DNA of 64,000 bases from an uncultured Verrucomicrobiae bacterium (GTDB lineage: Bacteria; Verrucomicrobiota; Verrucomicrobiia; Chthoniobacterales; JAFAMB01). A program made the position numbers and the translations under genes. Below, piece after piece: positions 7,016 to 17,465 of the stretch (its first letter is position 1; each line of letters begins with the position of its first letter). The notes below the pieces were generated by a model. The model was not told the DNA's origin and searched no databases. It saw only the letters and a list, made by a program, of their open reading frames with translations. The stretch is from assembly GCA_963782115.1 (NCBI GenBank), contig CAWAIK010000001.1, positions 160,001 to 224,000 of the forward strand. Reading direction: 5' to 3'.

Positions 7016-9205
7016 CTATTTCACTGTGAATTTTTCTTCTACGGTCCCGTTGCGGCCTCTGGCTTTCAAAGACCATTCGCCCGGGGTGAGTTGCCAGAAA
7101 AAGCGGCCGTCTGGTTGTGCTGGAATGGGTGCGTCGCCGACAAACCAACTTACGTCGCTGCCGATGGTGGCAAGCAATTCGATCATTTGCTGTTTTGGCG
7201 GAAGAACCGAATCAATTTGATAGGTCGCGCCTGGACGGGGATTGATTATGCGTGGTTCAGGCAGGATCATCGCGCCGAATGCATTCTCGCGGCTGGAACA
7301 CCAACTCGCATATTCGCCGGGCAACAAAAGTTTTCCGTCATCTGTGAACCAGACGGACGAGTCCTGGACCGGCTCGGTTTCAGGCAGGAAAAGTTCGGTG
7401 ATTGTCCCCGGACTGAATCGTGATGGCAATAATCCGGTGGCCGCGCAGATTTCCCGCCGGACAAGAGCTTGGTCAGGTGCAGGGATCGGATGATCGTTCC
7501 GCAACAATTCATGCATAATAGTTGCCCAGAGTGGGGCGGCGCACTGCACAGCAAGCGTATCGCGCATCGGGCGACCATCGGGATTTCCAATCCATACGGC
7601 TACGGTGTGCTCTTTGTCGAATCCAACGGTCCAAGCATCTCGAAACCCGCTGCTGGTACCGGTCTTGGCGGCGATTCGTTCGCCCAACGCTAGAGGCGAA
7701 TTGGCGCCGAAGCTCTTTTTGCGGGCTTGGTTGTCGCACAAAATGTCGGTAATGATTTCCGTAGCCGCAGCCGAGGCTACGCGGTTAATCGGGAAAGACT
7801 CCGAGGCTAGCAGTTTTGGTCTGATCGACAATCCGCCGCGTGCCAGACCGGCATAGGCGGCCGCGAGATCGGTGAGTCGAATTTCGGCGTTGCCGAGGAT
7901 GAATCCGGCACCGTAGTCATCGAGGCTGCGTGGAAAATCGAAACCCCATTTCTGTAATTCGTAGAAGGCAGAACGCGCGCCGACTCGGCTTAGCGCCAGA
8001 ATTGCCGGAACGTTCAAGGAACAGGCGAGCGCTTCACGGACGCGTACGGGACCAAGATAACGATGGTTGAAGTTTTGCGGATCGTAATCGCTGTATTGAT
8101 CACGAATGGCGTCCGAAGTATCGGCAAGCAGTGTCGCCGCGGTCAGCAATCGGCGATCAATCGCCGTGAGATAGACAAATGGTTTAAGTGTCGAACCGCA
8201 GCTCCGCGATCGCATTGAGCCATTGACTTGATTGCCTGAATAATTTGAGGAGCCGACCATTGCGCGCACCGCGCCGGAGGCATTGTCTAAGATGACAACG
8301 GCGCCGTCTGCAACGTCATAACGATTCAATGAAGCGAGATGTGCGCGCAACTTCAGCTCGGCGAAACGCTGTAAATCGAGATCGAGAGTGGTGCGCACCT
8401 TTCCGGCAATTCCGGGTTGGCGCTGCTTGATGGCGTCCACATAGTTTGGAGCCAAATGAAGGGGATCAAAGTGCCCGGGCACAGGTGGTGTTTCGCTGAG
8501 AAGCGTTCGCTGGCCGCCGGCAAGGAAACCTGTTTTAGCTAAGAGATCCAATGAACGGCCATATTTGCGCTCCGCACGTTCCGGATGGCGCCAGGGGTTA
8601 AACCTGGTGGGCGCCTGTGACAGACCAGCGATATAGACCGATTCTGCGAGAGTCAGATCACGTGCGGGTTTGCCAAAGTAAGCACGTGAGGCGGCCTCCG
8701 GTCCAAGGCGGCGGTTGCCAAAGCTGCTGCGATTCAAATATTCGGCAAGGATCCGCTCCTTGGTCCAGCGGCGTTCCAATTTCCAGGCAACGATGGTTTC
8801 GTAAAGCTTGGCGAACCAGTTTCGCTGTTGCCGGTGGCAAGCAATTTTGACGAGTTGCTGCGTGATGGTTGACCCGCCTCCGATGATCCGACCCGCTCGG
8901 AAATTCCGGAGACCGGCGGCGCAGGTGGCCTGCCAGTCGATTCCGCTATGGCGATAGAAACGCCGATCTTCAAGGGCCACGGTTACGCGTGGCAGCCAGT
9001 CGCCCATTTCAGTCAGGGTGATCGGGGTCTGCACTCGCGCCCGCTGGGAAGCGAGTTCGGCGATTTCACGTCCGCGGACGTCGAGGAGCGTGGCTGTTCC
9101 CAAGAGAGGACTTTGCAACTCCTCCGGTAACGGCAACCATAGTATCCAGAGCGCAACTGTGGCAACGATGACGGTGAAAATCGTTATTCCGCTGAAACGA
9201 CGCAT
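7016..9205 (-). CDS. pbpC: Penicillin-binding protein 1C
   Basis: Transglycosylase EDRRF and GGSTITQQL motifs; transpeptidase STLK, SLN and KTG motifs; directly downstream of alpha-2-macroglobulin. Confidence 0.92.
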   Translation of the reverse strand: MRRFSGITIFTVIVATVALWILWLPLPEELQSPLLGTATLLDVRGREIAELASQRARVQTPITLTEMGDWLPRVTVALEDRRFYRHSGIDWQATCAAGLRNFRAGRIIGGGSTITQQLVKIACHRQQRNWFAKLYETIVAWKLERRWTKERILAEYLNRSSFGNRRLGPEAASRAYFGKPARDLTLAESVYIAGLSQAPTRFNPWRHPERAERKYGRSLDLLAKTGFLAGGQRTLLSETPPVPGHFDPLHLAPNYVDAIKQRQPGIAGKVRTTLDLDLQRFAELKLRAHLASLNRYDVADGAVVILDNASGAVRAMVGSSNYSGNQVNGSMRSRSCGSTLKPFVYLTAIDRRLLTAATLLADTSDAIRDQYSDYDPQNFNHRYLGPVRVREALACSLNVPAILALSRVGARSAFYELQKWGFDFPRSLDDYGAGFILGNAEIRLTDLAAAYAGLARGGLSIRPKLLASESFPINRVASAAATEIITDILCDNQARKKSFGANSPLALGERIAAKTGTSSGFRDAWTVGFDKEHTVAVWIGNPDGRPMRDTLAVQCAAPLWATIMHELLRNDHPIPAPDQALVRREICAATGLLPSRFSPGTITELFLPETEPVQDSSVWFTDDGKLLLPGEYASWCSSRENAFGAMILPEPRIINPRPGATYQIDSVLPPKQQMIELLATIGSDVSWFVGDAPIPAQPDGRFFWQLTPGEWSLKARGRNGTVEEKFTVK

Positions 9206-12200
9206 ACGCTGGACGGTGAAAGACCGGAGAACCGGCTATCGTACATCGGCGCGATTTGTGTGGCCGGCCACCTGAATGTTCCGGCGGCTGTTGTTCGAGC
9301 CAGAATGGAATATTTACCGGGGCCGGCAAAGAGCTCGTCGAAATAGAGGAGAGTCGAGCGATCGCGCAATTCGGAGTGCGAGAGCTCCAGTGCCCGATCA
9401 TCGGTGTTATCAGATGGAACATCGAAGAATTTTGCAATCATCGCCAACGCTGGGTTTACGGTTTCCAGTCCGGCCGGCAGAAGGTCTTCGAGCGCCACAT
9501 AGTTCTGGGTCTTCTGGGTATTAACTCTGTAAGTGACGAGGATTTGATCACCTAGCTTAAACGGAGCATCCGCGTTTCCGGTGCGTTTTGGATCGGTCAG
9601 ATCATGCACGACTCGTTCGATTCGAATACCTCGATCGACATGGTCGGTTTGAGGCGATTCGCTAGCGTACTTCGCCCGCAGCAAATAGCTGACATTCTGC
9701 TGATTCATATCCGCGGTGAGCGCAACATCGGGGAGCAAGCGGTTCAACCAGGCCGCCGATCGGCCATTTTTTGAAAGGACCGCACTCGGGTCGGAGATCC
9801 TTAAAGGATTGGATTCCTCGGTGCCGAGCATCGATCTGAACGCCAGTAACAACCATAAATTTTCCTGGGTGGAAAGCGATGCGGAGGAATTCATCAGAGT
9901 GTTCAGTCTTTCCCGCACGCGTTCTTGCTTTTCCGGTGTCCAGATTTTTGGCGCTATGGTCGCGAATGCGAACGTGCAGATTGCTTCCGCCCGTGTCGTG
10001 GAAGTGAAGGTGCGCGGGTCGAAGGCGCGCGGCTTGATGGGCGCATCAATTTCGCGAAGCAATTGCTCCTGCTCCTTCGGCATGATTTCAAGACGATGAA
10101 GGGCCAAGGCCAGGAGTGCTCTCGCTTCGTCGCCGGTCTCGACTCGCTGCAGGTAAAGCTCCTCCGCTGCCGCTGTAAAATCCTGGACTGTCGAAGCATG
10201 GCTTAAAGCAAATAGCGCAAATACCTGGTCGAATCTCGAGGCGGAAAGTTGGCCTTGGACAACCTTCATGAGCGCGCCGCGAAATTTGTTCGCCAAACCT
10301 TCCGGGACCGCGAAGCCCGCCTCGGTTGCCTCATTTATGGCCCATAACGCCTGCGCCGTGACGAAAGCATTTCCGATTGTACCTCCCGGCCAATAGGGGA
10401 GCATACCATTCTCAAGAGTCGATTCGTCAATTTGCTGCAAGCCTCGCCCGATCACGGTTCGATACTCTTGATCCCGCGCTTCCGAGTCGGGCAAAAAAGC
10501 GAGCAAATTCCCCAACATAGCGTATCCAAGCAAGCGACTTGAGATCTGCTCGAAGCAACCGTGGGGATACTCGAGGAGTGCAGGCAGCCCGGTAATTTCC
10601 GGCAACCAGGGAGAAGTAGAGACAGTCACGTTGATCGTCCCGCGCCCCTGTTTCCAGGCTTCGGGCAAGACTGCCCGGACATCGAGCTGGGCACCCTGCA
10701 ATGATCCCGCAACACTTTCCACGCGCGTAACGGTCGGCGCATCTACGGGAAGCGTCAGTTCCATGGAGTCCGCCATCTTTGAATCCGATTGAGCCGTGAC
10801 ATCAAAACGGATCTTGGCCGGCCTCAGTTCATGATCGGTGACCCTGGCCTTGAATCGAAAGACGGTTGGTACGTCTCGACCAACTGTCGCCGTCAAATCC
10901 GCGGCTCCCGCCAAGGTACAGTTCGCGTCGGTCAAACAGTGGACGTGGAGTTCGTCCGAGTTCGCAAAGTTCTGGTGAACAACGGCTCGCAACTCGATTT
11001 CGTCACCATCGCGCAGGAAGCGAGGCAGAGCGGCCTGGACCAGGACCGGTTTGGAAATCTTAAGCGTGGTGCCGGCATCTCCGCCAAATTTACTTTCCTT
11101 CGTCTCTCCCAGCGCAACGAGCCGATAAGTTGTCAGGTTATCTGGCGCGCTAAACTGAAATGCCGCGTTTCCGTCCTTGTCGGTTTTTAACGCACCTGCC
11201 CAAAATGCTAACGTCTGGAATTCTTTCCTGACGTTCACGACATTCGCGAGTTTCTCTTCACCGCCGTCGCCGATGATGAACCCTTTGTGAGTCAGGCTTT
11301 GGCGAGGGATTGCCTCCTGATAAGAATCGAGTGATTCGTAGCTTTTTATGCCGAACGTGCGCTCGTAATAGAATGCACCAACAAGGTCGGGTAATTGCCA
11401 ATCCCCGAGTTGCAGGACGGCGTCGTCGACCACGAAGACCGTTAAATCCGCATCAGGAGCGGGCCGGCCTTCGGATGTCACGTGCAGCCGGCCGTGAATC
11501 ATCTCCCCTGGTTGAGCGGTCACAGCAGCAAGGTGCGGTTCGATTTTGAGTTTCCAGTCCGGCCGCTGAACGATTATCTGGGTGTAGGCGAAACGCTCCA
11601 GCGGCAGTGCATGCTCGCCGCCTGGACGGGTGAGGTAGATAGAAACAAACGCATTCGGCCCATATTCCTTTTTGATTGGAATCTCAATGCGACCGGCATT
11701 GCCAGGAATCGGGACAAGAAATGTATCGAGAATTTTGTCCGTTTCAATCGACACCCAGGCAATACCCGGGAACGGAGCTTTCGTCGTCAGGACTGCGGTC
11801 TCTCCAGGAACGAACGGTTCGGCCCGCTGTACAATTTGAAAACTGGTCTCGTTTTCAACGGGCAGTTCCGCAAGCTCTTCTCCGGTAACGGTTGTCTCGT
11901 CGCTGACAAGTGGCGTTCGAGTCCCAGGGGCGCTCACGGCAACGACATAGCGGCCGGTTTGTTGCACGTCGAAACGAATTGTTCCAGAGCCTTTTAATTC
12001 CTGCGAAGCAACTTTCTTGAATTGGTCGGTATTTCGGTATCGATAGACAAATGGTGCAACCTGTTCTTTGACTGTTTTTGTAATAACGAAAAACAAATCG
12101 GATTGTAGGGGGATATCGGTGACCGGTTGATTGTCCAGATCGAAGGCCTTGATTTGAACCTGCACAGCTTTGGGTGCGCTGGCAACCTCGGTCGCCTGCG

Positions 12201-14661
12201 CGGCCAGATGCACCCGAGCCGAGGAGACTAATGCAGAGGCGCCCCCTGTTAAGGTCTGACCGTCCATCGAAGTGACCTCCGCGCGCCATGAGATATCGCA
12301 CAGTCCGACCGCGGGATCGTTCTCGAACGGTGACTCGCATTTCAGCGATGCCCGGCCGTGCTCATCGAGCTTGGTGTCGCCTTCAAGGGTTTTGGTCGGC
12401 ACGGCGTCGGGATCGAGACGGGGGCCGATTTCGGCGTAGGTATTGTAGCATTTAAAGCTATCCTCTCGTACCTCGGCTGATACGGTCCAGGTTACTTTCC
12501 AGTGCACGTTGGCGCCGGCATTTGGCGCGCCATGAAAGTAGGTCGACGAAATGCTGGTGTGCGCGACTTGGCCGACCTCGTTTACGGCCCCGACAATCAC
12601 TGAAAAGAGGGGAACGCGGTATTCTTCGATATCAACTTCCGCGATTCCCGCGTAAGCATCATTTCCAATCTGGCAGCGGATCTGGTAGCGTCCAGTCCGG
12701 GCCTTGTCAGGCACCACCCATGATGTCTCCCAGGTTCCATCCGGGGAGAGGGTCGCTGTTCCTTCTTTGACGACGTGTTTTTCATCCCCTTCGGAGACTT
12801 GCCAGCAAGCTTCGCTCGACATCGGAATCGTAAGATTGGTTTCATTGGCGTCACGCACAATGCCTTTGATCTTAACTACCTGTCCGGGCCGGTAAAGATT
12901 TCGATCAGTAATGATCGCCGCACGGCGATGTGGTGAGGCCGGAATTTCTTCACTTCCCGATGTATATCCCGTATTGGTGTCCAAGGAACGAACGACCGGA
13001 CCCTGGACGGTATCAGCGATAATGAGAGCGGCGTGCGATTGCTGATCGGGAAAAAGTTCCGCACGGGAAAGCGTGGCTATTCCATTCTTATCGGTGGTGG
13101 CGCGTTGCAGTTCGATATTTTCAGCCGTTACGGCGCGAAGGGCAACGCCGGCCACCGGTTGTGCATCGGCCATGCCCGTGATACGCAGGATGATTGAATC
13201 GGCTGTCCGTTTCTGCGTCAGGATATAGTTGCTGACCAAAATGATGGATCGATTGCCGACGATGCGCCCGCTGGCAACCGTGGAATTTGCCTCGAGCAAA
13301 TAGGGGCCCGAAAAGGACTGGCCGTCGCTCGACACGCACCGAATCTCGCGCATGGTCTCTGCGTCGTCATTTGGGGCATCCAGAGTGCCACTGCTAACGA
13401 CCGGAAGATCAAACGTTTCGATCAGCAAATCCGTGGGACGCATTTGCGGAAAACCGGTTCGAGGATCGACCACTGCTTTGCCAGTGAGTGGATTAATCTG
13501 TTGCTCTTCGAATTCTGATAACCGAGCTTTGACCGCGCCAAGTTTTTCCAATGGGATGCGCGCCAGCTTCCATTGCAGAGGGCCTGTATTAATCTGAAGG
13601 AACGAAAAACGCAGTTCTTTGAGGGCTCGCAAATAAAGCTCCGGGGAGGCAAAGACGATGCACGGATCCTTTGAATGAAATGTTGCGCCCCATTTCGATT
13701 GAAGCGGCAACCCGTACCCACGTTGACCCTTCAGTTCTGGAGAGACCGTGACCACATAATGTTGCGCAAGATCGAAGTCGCCTTTTGCAGTGACCATTTG
13801 CCCATCGGCGAGTAACTTGAGATTCTGAACGGCCGGCTCGATCCGGATTTGGTCCGGAGTCACGTTGCTGGGATCAAATTGATCGTTGAACTTGATTTCG
13901 ATCATTGGTTCTTCGAGCGGGCGATTGTAGGCTCCGATCCATTCAATTTTCAGTGGAGTGGTCGTTCCGACCGGAAAGACGCGGGGGTAGGAAAGCGGAT
14001 CATCGCTGCTTGCGTCGGTGAGGCCGTCCACAATTAAATCGTAAGTGCGGCTGACCGGCAGCTGATCTCGCGGCGTGACCCGGAACTCGCGTGTCTTTGG
14101 GGAATCCTCTTGGTTTTGAATGACATCGACGGGATAGCGTTGACGCGAGTCACGATCCTGGAAATAAGCATGCTCGGTCACATCCGTGAGACGCACCTCG
14201 TAAGTGGATTCGAGTGGGACTTGTGGTTGGCTGCTCAGCTCGTTACGGATTTCGTAGTTCGCCGTGACCGAGAACTGCGGTGTCTTGAATTCCGCGCTCC
14301 AATCCTTTGGCAGTACAGGTTGGTTAGCGAGATCGTTCAAGCCCGGTGGAAGACCGAGGTGATAAGTGGCTCCGGCTTTAACACGTTTGATCGTGAACAC
14401 GCCTTCGTTCTGACTTTTCCAAAGAAACTCGCCTTCGAGCGCAGGCCGACTGGTGAAAGGCAACGGTTGATTTGGAACATCGATGTTGGCGGTTCCGATC
14501 ATCGATGTCGGAAAAGTCAATGTGAGGACAGTTCCGGCTGCAAGCTCCCCACCGCTCGTTTCGATGAGAACACCACCGGCATCGGGACCTGGTTTTTCTG
14601 CCTCTGCGGAGCGAGCGATCCAGGGAAGAAACCAAAACAAAATAATGAGTGTGCACTTCAT
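9184..14661 (-). CDS. Bacterial alpha-2-macroglobulin family protein
   Basis: Signal peptide, TDRNLYRPGQ (MG2), LPRFLRDGD, thioester motif YPHGCFEQ, C-terminal PMY. Confidence 0.93.
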   Translation of the reverse strand: MKCTLIILFWFLPWIARSAEAEKPGPDAGGVLIETSGGELAAGTVLTLTFPTSMIGTANIDVPNQPLPFTSRPALEGEFLWKSQNEGVFTIKRVKAGATYHLGLPPGLNDLANQPVLPKDWSAEFKTPQFSVTANYEIRNELSSQPQVPLESTYEVRLTDVTEHAYFQDRDSRQRYPVDVIQNQEDSPKTREFRVTPRDQLPVSRTYDLIVDGLTDASSDDPLSYPRVFPVGTTTPLKIEWIGAYNRPLEEPMIEIKFNDQFDPSNVTPDQIRIEPAVQNLKLLADGQMVTAKGDFDLAQHYVVTVSPELKGQRGYGLPLQSKWGATFHSKDPCIVFASPELYLRALKELRFSFLQINTGPLQWKLARIPLEKLGAVKARLSEFEEQQINPLTGKAVVDPRTGFPQMRPTDLLIETFDLPVVSSGTLDAPNDDAETMREIRCVSSDGQSFSGPYLLEANSTVASGRIVGNRSIILVSNYILTQKRTADSIILRITGMADAQPVAGVALRAVTAENIELQRATTDKNGIATLSRAELFPDQQSHAALIIADTVQGPVVRSLDTNTGYTSGSEEIPASPHRRAAIITDRNLYRPGQVVKIKGIVRDANETNLTIPMSSEACWQVSEGDEKHVVKEGTATLSPDGTWETSWVVPDKARTGRYQIRCQIGNDAYAGIAEVDIEEYRVPLFSVIVGAVNEVGQVAHTSISSTYFHGAPNAGANVHWKVTWTVSAEVREDSFKCYNTYAEIGPRLDPDAVPTKTLEGDTKLDEHGRASLKCESPFENDPAVGLCDISWRAEVTSMDGQTLTGGASALVSSARVHLAAQATEVASAPKAVQVQIKAFDLDNQPVTDIPLQSDLFFVITKTVKEQVAPFVYRYRNTDQFKKVASQELKGSGTIRFDVQQTGRYVVAVSAPGTRTPLVSDETTVTGEELAELPVENETSFQIVQRAEPFVPGETAVLTTKAPFPGIAWVSIETDKILDTFLVPIPGNAGRIEIPIKKEYGPNAFVSIYLTRPGGEHALPLERFAYTQIIVQRPDWKLKIEPHLAAVTAQPGEMIHGRLHVTSEGRPAPDADLTVFVVDDAVLQLGDWQLPDLVGAFYYERTFGIKSYESLDSYQEAIPRQSLTHKGFIIGDGGEEKLANVVNVRKEFQTLAFWAGALKTDKDGNAAFQFSAPDNLTTYRLVALGETKESKFGGDAGTTLKISKPVLVQAALPRFLRDGDEIELRAVVHQNFANSDELHVHCLTDANCTLAGAADLTATVGRDVPTVFRFKARVTDHELRPAKIRFDVTAQSDSKMADSMELTLPVDAPTVTRVESVAGSLQGAQLDVRAVLPEAWKQGRGTINVTVSTSPWLPEITGLPALLEYPHGCFEQISSRLLGYAMLGNLLAFLPDSEARDQEYRTVIGRGLQQIDESTLENGMLPYWPGGTIGNAFVTAQALWAINEATEAGFAVPEGLANKFRGALMKVVQGQLSASRFDQVFALFALSHASTVQDFTAAAEELYLQRVETGDEARALLALALHRLEIMPKEQEQLLREIDAPIKPRAFDPRTFTSTTRAEAICTFAFATIAPKIWTPEKQERVRERLNTLMNSSASLSTQENLWLLLAFRSMLGTEESNPLRISDPSAVLSKNGRSAAWLNRLLPDVALTADMNQQNVSYLLRAKYASESPQTDHVDRGIRIERVVHDLTDPKRTGNADAPFKLGDQILVTYRVNTQKTQNYVALEDLLPAGLETVNPALAMIAKFFDVPSDNTDDRALELSHSELRDRSTLLYFDELFAGPGKYSILARTTAAGTFRWPATQIAPMYDSRFSGLSPSSVCVVSAE

Positions 14662-16079
14662 TCTTGCGGCTCGGGTAGCTGCTGCCTCCGTTGGGCATCA
14701 AGTTCGGCATCGGCGATCCGACCGATTCGCCTCTCGCACTTTTCTCGTTCGAGCAGCGCCACGCTTGATTCACGGATTGCCAGTGATCGGCTTTGACATT
14801 GGATGGCAGCTTCAAAATTTGCGCGTTGGGCTTCAAGCAGCCCCCGATAGTACCAAATCACAGGATCGCCAGAATTGAGCTGAGTCGCTCTTTCGACGTA
14901 AGTCATTGCTTCGCGCGTGCGACCCAATGAGTCTTGCGCGTGGGCCGCCTGAAAATACGCCGGGGCTGAACCCGGATCGAGCTTGATGGCAAATTGCGCA
15001 TCGGCGAGAGCAAGGGTGTACTGATTGATCTGGCGCAACGCTTTCGCCCGTATAACCAAGGGCTCGGCGTGGCCAGGATTTTTCCAGACCAAGCTATCCG
15101 CGGCACCAAGCGCCCGGAGCGCTTCATCAGGCAGATGATTGTTCTTGTCGCGTTTGAGATCGTGGCTGACGCCCAGGTTCGCCGCTTCATCCCCGCGGCT
15201 GAGATCCAACAAAGCTTCACCTGCCTGTATCCGAGCTCTCATCATCCCGGGAGCCAGATTCATTGCATGTTCAGAATCCTTAAGGGCGAGATTCGGGCGA
15301 TTGGTCAAAGCGAAAAGGCGCGCGCGATCCAGCCACGGGAGAGGTGCAGCCGGCGTTTTCGCAACCTGGGCATCGAGGGCCTTGATTTGGGGTATGAACT
15401 TCGACAGGAGTTCGAATCCAGGCAGTGCATCTTTGACCGCCTTGGCGGAGGGATCGATCTCGTTCGCCTTGCCGACGTCGGCAAACGCTTTTTCCCAGGC
15501 GCGGAGTTCCAAATAATCATCCGCGCGAGCGATCAATTCCGTCCCTGTTTTGCTCTCTGCAAGTGCGCGGGTCCGCCAGTCTACCGCCTCTTGCCAATGT
15601 TCCGCCGATTCGCTGAGCTTGGCGAGTTTCTCCAATGTATCAGTGGCTTTGGGATCCGCAGCGAGGTACAAACGCCAGTCATGTTCCGCTGTCTTGTAGT
15701 CTTTTCGCGCCATTGCCAGATCACCGCGGATATCATCGATCACTCCCGGTCTGGGCTGAACACGAGCTTCCCACGCGTCCAGTGTTGCGGCACAACGATC
15801 TCGATCGTCTAGTTCCAGTTGTTCCTTCGCGAGCTTTTCCCATGTTTGCGAATCGTTTGGGTCCGCTTCCACAATTCGCCGGCTCAATTCGACAATCGCC
15901 GAATTATCGGAGGCACTCTCGGCCGCCTGCAGTTGTTTGCGCAATACTGGCAGATCCGCTTCTGCCGCGTGAATCAAAACGGCGGCGAGCCCAAGCAGTC
16001 CCGGTACCATTAATTGAATGGAGGCGACGTGGGAAAAAATCTTAAGGGACCGCCTTTGGCAACGGCGCTTCAATGTCAT
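14658..16079 (-). CDS. Tetratricopeptide-repeat protein, probably exported (start uncertain, 16010-16079)
   Basis: Repeated helical A..L.P TPR patterns; hydrophobic N-terminus; stop overlaps the alpha-2-macroglobulin ATG. Confidence 0.8.
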   Translation of the reverse strand: MTLKRRCQRRSLKIFSHVASIQLMVPGLLGLAAVLIHAAEADLPVLRKQLQAAESASDNSAIVELSRRIVEADPNDSQTWEKLAKEQLELDDRDRCAATLDAWEARVQPRPGVIDDIRGDLAMARKDYKTAEHDWRLYLAADPKATDTLEKLAKLSESAEHWQEAVDWRTRALAESKTGTELIARADDYLELRAWEKAFADVGKANEIDPSAKAVKDALPGFELLSKFIPQIKALDAQVAKTPAAPLPWLDRARLFALTNRPNLALKDSEHAMNLAPGMMRARIQAGEALLDLSRGDEAANLGVSHDLKRDKNNHLPDEALRALGAADSLVWKNPGHAEPLVIRAKALRQINQYTLALADAQFAIKLDPGSAPAYFQAAHAQDSLGRTREAMTYVERATQLNSGDPVIWYYRGLLEAQRANFEAAIQCQSRSLAIRESSVALLEREKCERRIGRIADAELDAQRRQQLPEPQE

Positions 16080-16413
16080 TAAGTTTGTGAGTGCGATTCG
16101 CGACTCATCATTTATAGAAATTTTAGATGGAATGGAAGGAAGAAGTGGCAGTGGCAGCGTCAACGGCAGTGTCAGTGTCAGAAAAGAGGGGTTGCTCCCT
16201 GAGCTGTCTGTTGTCGAAAGCTGAATCCTTTAAACCTTGCGCCGCTTCTGTTCCGGAGACGGAACGGTTGGGATCGTCAGACCGTCGTTCCGACCAGTCG
16301 GGTGCTTTCGATGACCCAAGCAGAAGTGGGGATTCGGGGAGTTTGAGCAACTGTGCCCCAAGCATAACCTGTAGACCAAAACATCCGGGATTTTTCTCGC
16401 GTTGCGATCGCCG

Positions 16414-16754
16414 AACTCTTCCATGCTCATCCGCATAGTTTCCTGTTTCGGGATTTACTGGGTCTTTGGCACTGATCGGGGGCTTAGATGTGGCTCCGGG
16501 CGTAGGCCGTTTCTATCGAAAGGATTGTCTTTGTGACCTTTGTGATCTTCTGTGCAAATGATTTTTCTTCGTCCATAAGACAGAAAAAAAGCGAAAGTCA
16601 TTTTTGAACAGAAGATCGCAAAGATCACAAAGAGTCACTGTCTTTAAGAGCCATCGGAGGCACGTGGGCCTGCATTGTCTAAATCTCGATCAGCAACGAA
16701 CGAAACGCCCCTTAATCCCCACTCGTCCTCTTGTTCTGAAATCGTAATCGTCGT
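16414..16754. repeat. ~340-bp dispersed repeat, copy 1 (copy 2 at 42162..42508)
   Basis: Near-identical direct copy; internal inverted repeat CTTTGTGACCTTTGTGATCTTCTGT / ACAGAAGATCGCAAAGATCACAAAG. Confidence 0.93.
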
Positions 16755-16990
16755 AGTTAATGACTCCCGTATCACGCTGATACAGAAATTGCCAGATGAC
16801 CGCAACGTAGGTGTGCGCGATCAGCAAAGGAAAAAAGTAGATTGATCGAAAGAAGTTGCGTACCAGCTGGGGCAGGCGGCGATTCAGCACACCAGGGAGT
16901 GAATGAACTTGACGGATTCCAGCGCCTTCGGATCATCGAGAATAGATTTCTTCCAATCGGAGGATAGAACAGAGGTGTTATTGGTGTGAT
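16755..16990 (-). pseudogene. Fused fragments of a carbohydrate (CUT1) ABC binding protein and permease
   Basis: SVLSSDWKKSILDDPKALESVKFIHSL abuts LNRRLPQLVRNFFRSIYFFPLLIA..VAVIWQFLYQRDTGVIN. Confidence 0.65.
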
Positions 16991-16999
16991 AAACTCAGA

Positions 17000-17417
17000 A
17001 AACGAGGGTGGATCCAGGCCTTGAGCGCGTTTCGGCTTAAGCCTGCCCTCTCTTCAAACATCGTGGACAGCGGAGGGAGGATATGAGGCTACCAAGCGAC
17101 TTATCCAAAGATCATTCAATAGATTTTCAGCCATCTTTGCCGCAAACGACTTAATTGCTCTGGGATCGATGCTGGCTTTGCACGAGCGCGGAATCAGTGT
17201 TCCCGAGCAAATCTCCGTCGTAGGTTTTGATGGGATGCCGGAGTCCCAGTTCTTCTATCCGTCGCTTTCGAGCGTGGCCGTCGACTTCGATCTTCTGGCT
17301 AAGGAGAGCTTGCTGAGCCTCTTCGCCGCGATCCAAAGGCCCAACGACGAGCCGATCAAAAAAATCGGGATTCCAAAGCTGATTCAAAGGAAGAGCACCG
17401 GATCGCCAAGAACTTAA
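17000..17417 (+). pseudogene. LacI-family regulator, C-terminal fragment without the HTH
   Basis: [49 protein letters not shown]; no N-terminal HTH upstream. Confidence 0.8.
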
Positions 17418-17465
17418 CTTAGAAATTCAGACTCCAGACTTAACAGGAGAGGCGGAGGATTCCCA

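Noticed and set aside
16180..16413. Possible gene remnant between the TPR gene and the 340-bp repeat
   Set aside because: No frame gave a motif I could recognise
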